Shown here piece after piece: positions 63,262-64,000 of a stretch of DNA of 64,000 bases (the stretch's first letter is position 1; each line of letters begins with the position of its first letter). This DNA comes from Chiloscyllium plagiosum. Taxonomy: Eukaryota. The position numbers and the translations under genes are program-made. The notes below the pieces were generated by a model. It saw only the letters and a program-made list of their open reading frames with translations, had not been told where the DNA came from and ran no database searches. Location of the stretch: assembly GCF_004010195.1 (NCBI RefSeq), contig NC_057750.1, positions 5,606,595 to 5,670,594 on the forward strand. The letters run 5' to 3'.

Positions 63262-63760
63262 GGTGAGTGTGGATTGGCAGTGCTAAATTGCCCATTGTGA
63301 CCAGGGATGTCCAGGTTAGGTGGATTAGCCTTTGGAAATGCAGGATTACAGGGTTATGGTGGAGGGGGTGGGTGGGATGATCTTTGGAGGGTCGGTGTGG
63401 AACCGATGGGCTGAATGGCCTGTTTCCACACTGTAGGGATTCTATACTATGGGGGGCGTGGTGGCTCAGTGGCTAGCACTGCTGCCTCACAGTACCACGG
63501 TCCCAGGTTCAATTCCAGCCTCGGGCAACTGTCTGTGTGGAGTTTGCACATTCTCCCCGTGCCTGTGTGGGTTTCCACTGGGTGCTCCAGTTTCCTCCCA
63601 CTGTCTAAAGATGTGCGGGTCAGGTGAATAGGCCATGTTAAATTGCCCGTAGCGTTAGGTGCATTAGTCAAAGGGGTGTGAGTTGCTCTTCGGAGGGTCG
63701 GTGTGGACTTGTTGGGCCGAAGGGCCTGTTTCCCCACTGTGGGGAATCTAAATCTAAACT
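63262..63760 (+). mobile_element. Two tandem HE1-type V-SINEs (5'-truncated, then full)
   Basis: Tail gcctgtttccacactgtagggattcta at about 63440, followed by a new head ggtggctcagtggctagcactg. Confidence 0.8.
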
Positions 63761-64000
63761 TCCAAGCACACCATCACATGATGTTAGGGTGGTATTCCCT
63801 TTCTAAACGCTCTCCACCCCTCCTCCTCTTTCTTTAAGATGACCCGTCCAAACCTATGCCCTGTTCTAGTATCCAGACAATTGAAATTTATCAAGATGTC
63901 TCTAAATATGTCAAGGTTTTTTTTTAATCAAAGAACATTTGACATGGTGTCATATAAAGAGATAGAAGGTTAGATAAAGGAGATTGTTCTTAAAAAGCAT

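Overview
Eukaryotic, repeat-rich vertebrate DNA. The SINE/LINE content (HE1-type V-SINEs, CR1/HER1-type LINE 3' ends) points to an elasmobranch (shark/ray); this is an inference. One protein-coding gene is supported: the NF-kB subunit RELB on the minus strand, running from a CpG-island promoter with kB sites at about 36.7-36.9 kb off the left end of the window. Eight phase-compatible GT-AG coding exons can be assembled: 36482-36584, 22673-22708, 18950-19587, 15130-15281, 11656-11747, 6571-6696, 3070-3174 and 885-1100. They cover the N-terminus and the Rel homology domain up to the end of the dimerization domain; the NLS and transactivation exons lie beyond coordinate 1. The most striking observation is a 30-bp coding minisatellite that multiplies the LVSR|G motif, the single MALT1 paracaspase cleavage site of human RelB (Arg85), into five exact copies plus two variants. 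Second, introns and flanks carry at least four families of short Penelope-type elements with minimal, dimer-type hammerhead ribozyme motifs, often as head-to-head fold-backs. Also seen: a 56-bp near-perfect hairpin just inside a RELB intron, a possible alternative or poison 5' exon at 24.1-24.3 kb, and RelA-like residues in this RelB. No gene could be recognised in 37-64 kb, which is mostly retroelement debris. There are three assembly gaps. Repeat boundaries are approximate.
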